A DNA stretch of 40,000 bases, taken from the sequence record MT774386.1; one strand, written 5' to 3'. The first letter of the stretch is position 1, and each line of letters opens with the position of its first letter. Origin of the DNA: an uncultured phage cr110_1. A program made the position numbers and the translations under genes. Below the pieces are notes generated by a model that was not told the origin of the DNA, did not search any database, and saw nothing but the letters and a program-made list of their open reading frames with translations. Shown piece after piece: positions 27,648 to 36,245 of this stretch.

Positions 27648-28604
27648 ATGGTTGCTGATATAGATATTAAACATTATTACGCTAAGTTTATAGAACAATC
27701 TAAATCTGATTATGAAGATAGTAAAAAAGAATATGATGATTTAGTTGTTGTTAAAGGAAAACTTTATAGAAATTTTAATGATAAACTTGATATTATTAAT
27801 AATTTCTTTGAATTAGAATTATCTTCTCTTGATAACGATGAAGAAATATTAGTTGTTGATTATGATGCCATTCGTAATAAAGTTAAAACTTCTGGTTTTA
27901 TTCAATCTGATTCTTCTCATAAAGTTACTGTTCTTAATTTTATTCGTTATGTTCAAACTACCAAATTAATATATGGTAAAAAGAAACAACTTGAAGTTGC
28001 TAAAATTCGTAAGATGATTAGTATTACCGATTATAAAAAACTTGTTTATAAGTTTTATAATTATGGTGTTGCTAAATGTATTCTTGAAGGAAATGGATAT
28101 AAATTTGCTGGTGGTTTAGGAACTATTGTTTGTAATCGTTGGAAAGTTCTTTCTGATAAGAAAGTTATTGATTTTCATGCTACTAATAGAAAGAAAAAAG
28201 AAATTATTGCCGCTGGTCTAAAACCTTATGATAAAGAAGAAGCTGAAATATATAAACTTCGTGGAATGAAATATGATGGAGTTGATTATAAAATATATAA
28301 AAGTAATGATTATTATTATGAATTTAAACTTATAGATAATAATCGTTATCATTCTGTTAATGTTAAGTTTATTCGTAAGGATAGATTTCCTAAAGATTTT
28401 AGTGGTAAAAGCCATGAAGAAATAGCTAAAGCTTGTAAATCTGTTGATGATATTTATAAACTTAAAGCTGATATTAGATGTAAACTTATGATACTTCTTC
28501 ATTATGAACCTATGTCTTATCTTAATTTTGTAAGAAATGCAGAACAAAATGAACATAACGTTGGAGCACATAATAGCAAAAATCGACAACGATTTCAATC
28601 CTGA
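27648..28604 (+). CDS. Hypothetical protein of structural block
   Basis: 318 aa; K/Y/D-rich; contiguous with neighbours. Confidence 0.55.
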   Translation: MVADIDIKHYYAKFIEQSKSDYEDSKKEYDDLVVVKGKLYRNFNDKLDIINNFFELELSSLDNDEEILVVDYDAIRNKVKTSGFIQSDSSHKVTVLNFIRYVQTTKLIYGKKKQLEVAKIRKMISITDYKKLVYKFYNYGVAKCILEGNGYKFAGGLGTIVCNRWKVLSDKKVIDFHATNRKKKEIIAAGLKPYDKEEAEIYKLRGMKYDGVDYKIYKSNDYYYEFKLIDNNRYHSVNVKFIRKDRFPKDFSGKSHEEIAKACKSVDDIYKLKADIRCKLMILLHYEPMSYLNFVRNAEQNEHNVGAHNSKNRQRFQS

Positions 28605-29379
28605 TAACAGCGATTGGATTGCTCGTGTTCCTGCATGGTGTGTTGATGCTATGTCTCAACTTAAAGTTCTTAGAACTGAATATAAAACTCGAAAGCTAAA
28701 CGTAGAAAATCGTATAGCTCACAGCCCTTGTCCTATTACTAATAGCAAGGGTTTTGCTGTTTATGACCGTAATGGTTGTGAGATTAAAAGTCTTGCTTAT
28801 AATAAGAAACATGCTCAATGTTGTAGTTCCTCTACGGGGGGTCGGGACGATATGGATAACGAAATGTTAAGTCCATCTGATACTATTTATCTTACTGATA
28901 CAGGTGCTGATAGAACTCATTATCAAGCTATTGCTGAACATGTCAATACAGACGACTTTAATAAACGGCATACTGTTGCCGACCAATTCATATCCCCCGT
29001 AGAGGATAAAAGAAATTATATCATTGTTGACAATAATACTATTGAATTAAATTTTGATACTGATTTTATTACTATTCGTAATCTTGAAATAGCTACTGAA
29101 CATAGCGATTATTTTAACGGAGAAATACCAGTAGTTCCTAATAACGGGCTTCTTATTGAAGCTCTTGCTTATTACTGTATGTATAAGATGCTTACTCGTG
29201 GTATGAAGCATCCTGTTTTTAATCTTGCTGCTTCTCAATATGGAACTAATCCTTATTATATGTGGATGCAACTTAAAGATAAAGCCAAAGCTTCTGTTAT
29301 TGCTGATGCTCAAAATGAAAATGATTATGCTGGTGATGCTTGGCGTTCTTATTTTTATAATTATACATTTCCTAAATAA
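28537..29379 (+). CDS. Structural protein, probable ring/connector component (start may be ATG 28549)
   Basis: 280 aa; ...DWIARVPAWCVDAMSQLKVLRTEYK...NYIIVDNNTIELNFDTDFITIRNLEIA; overlaps upstream gene. Confidence 0.5.
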   Translation: MQNKMNITLEHIIAKIDNDFNPDNSDWIARVPAWCVDAMSQLKVLRTEYKTRKLNVENRIAHSPCPITNSKGFAVYDRNGCEIKSLAYNKKHAQCCSSSTGGRDDMDNEMLSPSDTIYLTDTGADRTHYQAIAEHVNTDDFNKRHTVADQFISPVEDKRNYIIVDNNTIELNFDTDFITIRNLEIATEHSDYFNGEIPVVPNNGLLIEALAYYCMYKMLTRGMKHPVFNLAASQYGTNPYYMWMQLKDKAKASVIADAQNENDYAGDAWRSYFYNYTFPK

Positions 29380-29387
29380 TTACTGCT

Positions 29388-32300
29388 ATGAGAATTAATC
29401 AAAAACTTAATTTTGATAGTCCTTATGAAAATCTTAAAGAAGGCGACTTAGTTCATGCTGGTAATATAATGATTGATAAAGATACTGAAACTATTTGTAA
29501 TGAACCTGGTCTTATTGATTATTATCTTCATGGAGTTAATGCTAAAATAGTTGGTCACATTGAATGTAACGAAGAGTTTCTTGTTTTCTTTAATAACAAT
29601 GATATTTATCGTATTGATATTAGAAAGCCGATAGGTTCTAATAATCCTGTTAAAGTTGGCATTAATTGGCATTGGTGTGGTGGTGAAGTTTTTGGTACTT
29701 ATACTTATAATGTTAACAACGAACTTATAGTTTGTATTAGTGAACTTAATCCCACAGAAGATTGTCCTCTTAAAAGTATCAATATTGATAAAGATGTTGA
29801 CTTATATCAATATACTCAAGATAGTGATGAACTATATACAGAATTAGCTACTGCTCCTATTTCTAACTTTGGCGATGTTAAATTTGTCAATGGTAATCGT
29901 ATTAAGAAAGGTACTTATATTTTCTTTATACGTTATTGGATTGATGATTATTATAATACTATTTGGTTTCCTATTGGCTATCCTGTTCAAGTAACAGACT
30001 TAGAAGCTCTTACTACTCCTAAAACGGTTTTCAATTATAATGCTGGTGACGGTAAAGGTAGTGGTAAAATTCAAGATTACTATTCAGAAGATGATGATTA
30101 TACTAATACTAATCTTCTTGTTCAAGTTCGTATATTTACTGATACAAGACAGAATTATACTAAATACCAACTTGCTGCTATCGTAAACGGAAATGCTTCT
30201 ACCGAAGCTGTTGTTTGGGATAAGAAAAGTATTGGTACTATGGTTGAGTTTACAATTGATAATAGTTTTGAAACTATGTCACTTGAAGAACTTACTAATG
30301 AACCTTTTAATTTTTATAATGTTAAAACTCTTGATAATTATCGTAATAGAGTTTATCTTGCTAATTATAAAATTGCTAATAAAAACAAACCGTTTTTAAA
30401 TGAAACTGATTATGGACAGCTTCTTGCTAAAATGGGAAACGTTGTTATAACTGCTGTTGATAGAGATGAAGGTGATTATCCGGAAGTTTCCGAAGCTATT
30501 AATTTCTTTAAACCTAAGCCTGGTCGTCGTGGAGTTTATTGTTTCTTTGTTCATTATGTTTATACAAATGGAACTTATACAGACGGTGTTCCTATTTTAA
30601 CTGCTAATAGTGGAACTCCTTCTGTTGAGGGAACTAAACTTACCTGTACTATTTTTGGAAGTGATAATAATAGATTTTGCCGTTGTGTTTGTCCTGCCGA
30701 TAAAATCGCTCTTGGTGGAATTGTCTTTGAACATATTCCTATGCTTGAGGGTTTTGTTGGCTATTTTATTAGTTATGCCGAACCTGAATATGTTGAAATC
30801 GGTAGTGGTTTTATAACTCAAGCTGACAAATATCTTTATGATGTCAAAGGACAAAATACTGGTAGTGCCGATAGTCCTTGTCGTTTTAATTATCCTGAGT
30901 TTAGTATTGTTGGTGGTAAAACTGATGCTAATAAAATAAGTGAAGTTTGTTACTTCCAATATACAGATGACGGTAGTCTTAATACTCGTCTTAACAATCC
31001 TACTGCCGCAAACGCAAGTACTGGTATTAATTCTACTTCTATTCTTCCGCCTAATAGTTTTGATAATATTGGTAAAGAAGGTGTTCTTAAAATTCAGCTT
31101 TCGTCTGGTTTTAATGACCACCACAGTACTACTCTTTGTGATGTTTATACTGATGATTATTCGGAACTTTATAGAGATGCAGATAAGAATCTTATTTCTC
31201 TTGGCTATATTGAATACGTTAAGGAATATGATTCCAATGCTAATTATACTTATGGTAAGTCTACCGTAAAAGTTAATAATGCTGATGTTAAAGTTAATTA
31301 TGCTTGGAATTATTATTGGAATGTTAGTACAGTATTTACTTTTCATCCTCATGGTATTATTTTTAGTGATGTAGATTGGAATCCTTATGATGCTACTACT
31401 GGTACTAAATTTTACGGTGACAATGATACTGTTGCTAATAAACCTTTGATTTATTCTTTTACTTTTGTACATGAAAGCCATTATTTTCTTATGGGGAAGA
31501 AAGTTAATATGTCCCCTCGTACTGTTTATTATAATTATAATGACGGTTCTGAAAATACTCAAGGTTCTAATCTTATTGTAGACCCTTCTCGTATTAATGA
31601 TTTATATAATCTTACTTCTAATTATTATTCTTTCTATCGTCGTATTATTATTAATTATAATAAAACTAATGAGCTTTATAAGCGTGAACAATATTCCAAA
31701 ACTGTTTATCGTACTAACGTTATCGGTGATGAAAGTGTTGTTAATGCTTGGAAACATATATCTCCTGAAAGCTATAAGATTATAAGTGAGAATAAAGGTG
31801 ATATTACTAATATTGTTGCTGCTGGTACTTATCTTCTTGTTCATACAGAGAAAAGTCTTTTTGCTTTTGATATTAACAATGAACTTAAAACAAATGAGCA
31901 AACAGTTCAGATGTTAATGCCAGATGTATTTGAAGTTGATTATAAAGAAGTCTTTACTACTAAGTTTGGTATTTGTGGTTTCCAAGATTTTATTTCTTAT
32001 ATTAATGGAGATTTTGGTTATATCTTTTATGATTCTAATGCTCGTAAGTTTTATAAATTTGATGCTGGTTCTGTTGAAGAAATCAATAACGATATAACTA
32101 AGTTTCTTGAAGCTTATGTCGCCGACCGTGTTTATATCGGTTATGATTCTGCCAATGCTCGTCTTTTATTTAACTTTATGAAGAAAGATACTACTGGTGC
32201 TTGGAAATCTTGTATTCTTAGTTATAGTCTTTATAATAATGATTGGCTTAGTAGTCATAGTTATACTTCTGATTATAAATTTGTTAGTCTTAAAGATAAT

Positions 32301-32861
32301 TTTTATATTGTTGATAAGATTCAAGGAATGTATCGTATTCGTGAATTTGATAATGAAAATTATAATGAATATAATGATGATAATCTTAATCCGTTTATGA
32401 ATAACGAAGTTATTGATGATAAACTTTGCTCGTATGTTGATATTTATTTTAATAATAATAATAGTTATAATACTATTAAGATATTAAATTTTATTACTTA
32501 TATTATTAATAAAGAAAAGAATGATAACTTTGATGTTCTCGGTTGTTATATTTATACTAATTGTTGTTATTCAGATTATTGTAATTTGCTTGAAGAAAGA
32601 AAAAGTGTTACTGAATATAAGAAACCTTATTTAGAATATGGTCGTTGGAATTATAATTGGTTTAGTAATAAACTTAATAGTTTTGAAGAACAAGAAGTTG
32701 TTAATCGTATTACAGGAATTATAAACGATAATCTTGAATATAATCAAACCGCTGTTGATGCCAAACTAATGGTTGGTAAATATTGTGTTATTAGATTTGT
32801 ATTTAGAAATACTAATAAGAAAGTTTTAATTAAAGATATTCAAGCCTATTTTAATAAATAA
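29388..32861 (+). CDS. Large tail protein (muzzle/stabilisation-like)
   Basis: 1157 aa; MRINQKLNFDSPYENLKEGDLVHAGNIMIDKDTETICNEPG and beta-propeller-like repeats, P22 gp10/stabilisation-type. Confidence 0.55.
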   Translation: MRINQKLNFDSPYENLKEGDLVHAGNIMIDKDTETICNEPGLIDYYLHGVNAKIVGHIECNEEFLVFFNNNDIYRIDIRKPIGSNNPVKVGINWHWCGGEVFGTYTYNVNNELIVCISELNPTEDCPLKSINIDKDVDLYQYTQDSDELYTELATAPISNFGDVKFVNGNRIKKGTYIFFIRYWIDDYYNTIWFPIGYPVQVTDLEALTTPKTVFNYNAGDGKGSGKIQDYYSEDDDYTNTNLLVQVRIFTDTRQNYTKYQLAAIVNGNASTEAVVWDKKSIGTMVEFTIDNSFETMSLEELTNEPFNFYNVKTLDNYRNRVYLANYKIANKNKPFLNETDYGQLLAKMGNVVITAVDRDEGDYPEVSEAINFFKPKPGRRGVYCFFVHYVYTNGTYTDGVPILTANSGTPSVEGTKLTCTIFGSDNNRFCRCVCPADKIALGGIVFEHIPMLEGFVGYFISYAEPEYVEIGSGFITQADKYLYDVKGQNTGSADSPCRFNYPEFSIVGGKTDANKISEVCYFQYTDDGSLNTRLNNPTAANASTGINSTSILPPNSFDNIGKEGVLKIQLSSGFNDHHSTTLCDVYTDDYSELYRDADKNLISLGYIEYVKEYDSNANYTYGKSTVKVNNADVKVNYAWNYYWNVSTVFTFHPHGIIFSDVDWNPYDATTGTKFYGDNDTVANKPLIYSFTFVHESHYFLMGKKVNMSPRTVYYNYNDGSENTQGSNLIVDPSRINDLYNLTSNYYSFYRRIIINYNKTNELYKREQYSKTVYRTNVIGDESVVNAWKHISPESYKIISENKGDITNIVAAGTYLLVHTEKSLFAFDINNELKTNEQTVQMLMPDVFEVDYKEVFTTKFGICGFQDFISYINGDFGYIFYDSNARKFYKFDAGSVEEINNDITKFLEAYVADRVYIGYDSANARLLFNFMKKDTTGAWKSCILSYSLYNNDWLSSHSYTSDYKFVSLKDNFYIVDKIQGMYRIREFDNENYNEYNDDNLNPFMNNEVIDDKLCSYVDIYFNNNNSYNTIKILNFITYIINKEKNDNFDVLGCYIYTNCCYSDYCNLLEERKSVTEYKKPYLEYGRWNYNWFSNKLNSFEEQEVVNRITGIINDNLEYNQTAVDAKLMVGKYCVIRFVFRNTNKKVLIKDIQAYFNK

Positions 32862-32864
32862 GAT

Positions 32865-33671
32865 ATGGAAACTAAATATGTAGATAGAGATAAAGCTTTT
32901 TGGGGTGCTGCAATCGGTGCTGTTGGTAGTATTGTTGGTGGTTTGTTTGGTCGTAAAAAAAGAAAGAAACAAGCCGAAGCTCAACGTCAAGCCGAAATGA
33001 TTAATTATCAGAATCAGCAAAATGCTATTAATACTCAATACCAAAATACTCAAAATGCTATTAATGCTCAATATGAACAGAATGTTCTAAATGTTAAAGC
33101 TCAAGAAGAACTTAATCGACAGCAAAATGAACTTGCTGCTAAAAAGACTGGCATCGAAAACGCTGCCGGTCTTACGTCGTTATATGCAAATGAATCTGAA
33201 TTAAACAAAGAATTTCGTAATAGATTCATGCGTTGTGGTGGTGGACGAAAAGTTCGTAAATGTGGCGGAAGTAATAAGAAAACTTGTGGTGGTAGAAAGA
33301 AAGCTGCGTTTGGTACATGGACAAATGATACTACTAATACTCTTATAGGTACTGTTGGAAATGTTGTTGGAAATGCTATTGCTGGAAGCGGCGGTTATAC
33401 TCCTACTTCTAAATTACTTAATTATAAAACTAATACTTATAAAACTTATAAACCTGCTGAATTAGAAGTCTATGATGATGTTGCTGATAAATTCAATGTT
33501 CGTAAAACTGGCGAAAATACTGCCAAATATGCCAATGCTCAAAATAATAATATTGCTGCTATGAATACTCTTGGTCAAAATCCTACTGCTGCTATTACTG
33601 CTATTTCGCAAATACAGTCACCTCGATACGCTTGTGGAGGTGGCAAAAAAGTACGTAAACGTAAACGCTGA
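32865..33671 (+). CDS. Virion protein with glycine-zipper-like helix and Cys/basic clusters
   Basis: 268 aa; AAIGAVGSIVGGLFGRKKRKK, RCGGGRKVRKCGGSNKKTCGGRKK, C-terminal YACGGGKKVRKRKR*. Confidence 0.55.
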   Translation: METKYVDRDKAFWGAAIGAVGSIVGGLFGRKKRKKQAEAQRQAEMINYQNQQNAINTQYQNTQNAINAQYEQNVLNVKAQEELNRQQNELAAKKTGIENAAGLTSLYANESELNKEFRNRFMRCGGGRKVRKCGGSNKKTCGGRKKAAFGTWTNDTTNTLIGTVGNVVGNAIAGSGGYTPTSKLLNYKTNTYKTYKPAELEVYDDVADKFNVRKTGENTAKYANAQNNNIAAMNTLGQNPTAAITAISQIQSPRYACGGGKKVRKRKR

Positions 33672-33701
33672 TGCTATTTGCTTGCCCGTCATGACATTTT
33701 C

Positions 33702-33759
33702 ATATCTGAAATAATTAATCTATCACGATTTGAATTGCATGCCGTGACGAGCCTTAAAA
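33702..33759 (+). promoter_or_regulatory. Intergenic conserved element, copy B
   Basis: ATATCTGAAATAATTAATCTATC-N20-TGACGAGCCTTAAAA. Confidence 0.55.
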
Positions 33760-33781
33760 CCACTAAATAAAAATTATTGAC

Positions 33782-36226
33782 ATGTCAAAAAATAAAGCTA
33801 AAAATGGTATTGTAGTTAATGCTGGTAATGGTAATTATATTCCTAATGTTGTTCGTGGAGGAGCTGCTATTCCTATTGGTAAGAAAAATTTCTATTATAT
33901 GCAAGGTAGAAAACATGAACAAGGTGGTATTGATGTTGGTCGTAATGCTAAAACCGGTCTTGAAGTTGAGGGAGAAGAAGTTATGCAAGTTACTCCTAAT
34001 GAAGTAAGAGTCTATTCTTCTGTTCCTTTCCTACGGGGGGTCTCACCTGCTGAATTAGTCTTAAATGGTGTTGATGCAAATAAAGTTTTTGCTGCTCAAG
34101 AAAAATATAAAGATAATAATAGAATTAATGATGATGGAACTAAATATCGTATTGGTGGAGAAAAGGACAATAATACATTAGATAGCCCTTATGAAGACCC
34201 AACATTTATTATTGATAGAAAACCTATTGATTTAAGAAAAGATGCCGGAAAAGCTACAAACTTAAATATTAGCAAAAAAGGATTTAATATTTTAAGCAAA
34301 TTTACTAAATTTACTAAAGTTTTTGGTCCTGTTGGAGAATTTATTCAACATACAAATCCTACCAAAGAAAAAGAATATTTATATGAAAGTGATAAATATT
34401 CTCGCGATATTTTAAAAAATAATATTGATAAAAATTATTTTTTTAAATTTGGTGGCAATATAAATAATAAAAGTAAAATGGGAAAACTTGTTTCTATAAA
34501 CGGTAACGTTAAAAACGGTCTGATACATACTCCTAATCAAGATGTTCTTGCTTATAATAAAGAAAGAAAACCTCGTTTTAATGGACGTTATTCTAAACCT
34601 GGACTTCATAATCTTAGTCTTTTGGCTTCTGCTATAATTATGCCAAAAGGTACTGTTGACAAAGAACCCGAAAAACCTCGTAGGCTTGGTTGGGCTGATT
34701 TACATAATCATTTGGTTACTGCTGATATTTCTCAAAAACCTTTGGATGCTAAACGAGATAATACTTCTGTTGCACATGTTATTTCTGAAACTGAAAAAAG
34801 AACTCATAAATTTAGTATTGGTGGTCGAGCTAAAGCTAAAGTTGGTAGCGGTTTTAGAATTAATGATAAAAAATATAATGTAGGTGATACTATTAATTAT
34901 AAAGATCAACAATATCTTGTAACTGATAGAAACGAAGATATTCCTCTTCCTAATACAAATTCTAATATTATAGATAATGATATTGATATTCCTACTACTG
35001 ATATTACTACTTCACAACTTGCTCGCAATGTAGTTAACGGTCTTGCGAATAATGCTCCTACTTATAAAAAGAATGGAGAAACTCATTACTTTGTTGAAGC
35101 TCCTACTGTTAGCGTTCCTAATTCCGATTATGATATGGACGCTCTTCAAAGAATGATACTAAGTTTACCTGTTGGTACAAGAAGTAATACTTCTTCATCC
35201 TCTACGGGGAGTAATAATAAACGACAATCTGTTTCTATTCCAGTTGCTTCTATTAATCCTCTTGACGGTTCTAAAGTTGTGTCTGCAAGCGATGAAAATG
35301 CTGCTATGATTAGACGCAATTTAGCTCCTACTATTGTTAATCGTCTTACTAAAAACGCTAATAACGATATAAATTATCTTCCTATTCAAGAAGATATTGC
35401 TAAAACTCGAAATCTTGATAATATTCAATTTGGTATTAATCTCGGTTCGTCTGCTATTGATGCTCTTATGAGTAATATTTTTGTTAATCAACTTCATAGT
35501 TATACTCCACCTACTATTACTGCTCCTACTATTTCTAATCCTGGCGATATTAAACTTAATGAAGAAGATTTGAAAGATATTCCTGAACCTATTTTAATGG
35601 CTGCTGCTAAATTAAAAACTCGTTATAACGCTAATCCTCAGCTTAGTAAAATTGAAGATGATACTCGTCGTATAATGGGCGAAATTGGTCGTAATACTTC
35701 TAATAGTCGTGTTGCTCTTGCTCGTAAACAACGTGCTGCTTTACAAGGACAGCAAGCTAAGAACGAAGTTTATGGGCGTAAAGAAAATATTGAAACTGAA
35801 TTGATTAATAAAGATAAACTTAATCAACAAGAAGTTACTGCTCGTAATCTTGCTCGTTATGACCAGTATAATCAAGCCCTTGCTGCTCAACGTGCTAATC
35901 GTGCAAGACTTAGACTTGCTGCTGATACTGCTAATATTCAAAATAAACTTGCTGTTAGTACAGCTAATGCTCAACTTAAATCTCAAGCTGATAGATTTAA
36001 TGCTACTAATAGAATTAATCAACTTGTACATCAGGCTGGTATTGATGCTGCTAAAGCAGAAGCGCGTTCAAATATATTTAGCGGTATGTTAGGTAATATT
36101 GGTAGTGCTCTTAATACATGGAACAGAAATAAACGTCAAGCTAAACTTGATGAAGAAACTCTTAGAGTTCTTGGTTTACTTGCTCCTAATGCAAACAAAC
36201 TTGTTCTTAGTGCTCTTGGTTATTAA
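33782..36226 (+). CDS. Large virion/cargo-type protein
   Basis: 814 aa; YYMQGRKHEQGGIDVGRNAKTGLEVEGEEVMQV..., long helical C-terminus; pattern typical of crAss-like structural proteins. Confidence 0.55.
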   Translation: MSKNKAKNGIVVNAGNGNYIPNVVRGGAAIPIGKKNFYYMQGRKHEQGGIDVGRNAKTGLEVEGEEVMQVTPNEVRVYSSVPFLRGVSPAELVLNGVDANKVFAAQEKYKDNNRINDDGTKYRIGGEKDNNTLDSPYEDPTFIIDRKPIDLRKDAGKATNLNISKKGFNILSKFTKFTKVFGPVGEFIQHTNPTKEKEYLYESDKYSRDILKNNIDKNYFFKFGGNINNKSKMGKLVSINGNVKNGLIHTPNQDVLAYNKERKPRFNGRYSKPGLHNLSLLASAIIMPKGTVDKEPEKPRRLGWADLHNHLVTADISQKPLDAKRDNTSVAHVISETEKRTHKFSIGGRAKAKVGSGFRINDKKYNVGDTINYKDQQYLVTDRNEDIPLPNTNSNIIDNDIDIPTTDITTSQLARNVVNGLANNAPTYKKNGETHYFVEAPTVSVPNSDYDMDALQRMILSLPVGTRSNTSSSSTGSNNKRQSVSIPVASINPLDGSKVVSASDENAAMIRRNLAPTIVNRLTKNANNDINYLPIQEDIAKTRNLDNIQFGINLGSSAIDALMSNIFVNQLHSYTPPTITAPTISNPGDIKLNEEDLKDIPEPILMAAAKLKTRYNANPQLSKIEDDTRRIMGEIGRNTSNSRVALARKQRAALQGQQAKNEVYGRKENIETELINKDKLNQQEVTARNLARYDQYNQALAAQRANRARLRLAADTANIQNKLAVSTANAQLKSQADRFNATNRINQLVHQAGIDAAKAEARSNIFSGMLGNIGSALNTWNRNKRQAKLDEETLRVLGLLAPNANKLVLSALGY

Positions 36227-36245
36227 TTTTTAAAATAATATAGAT

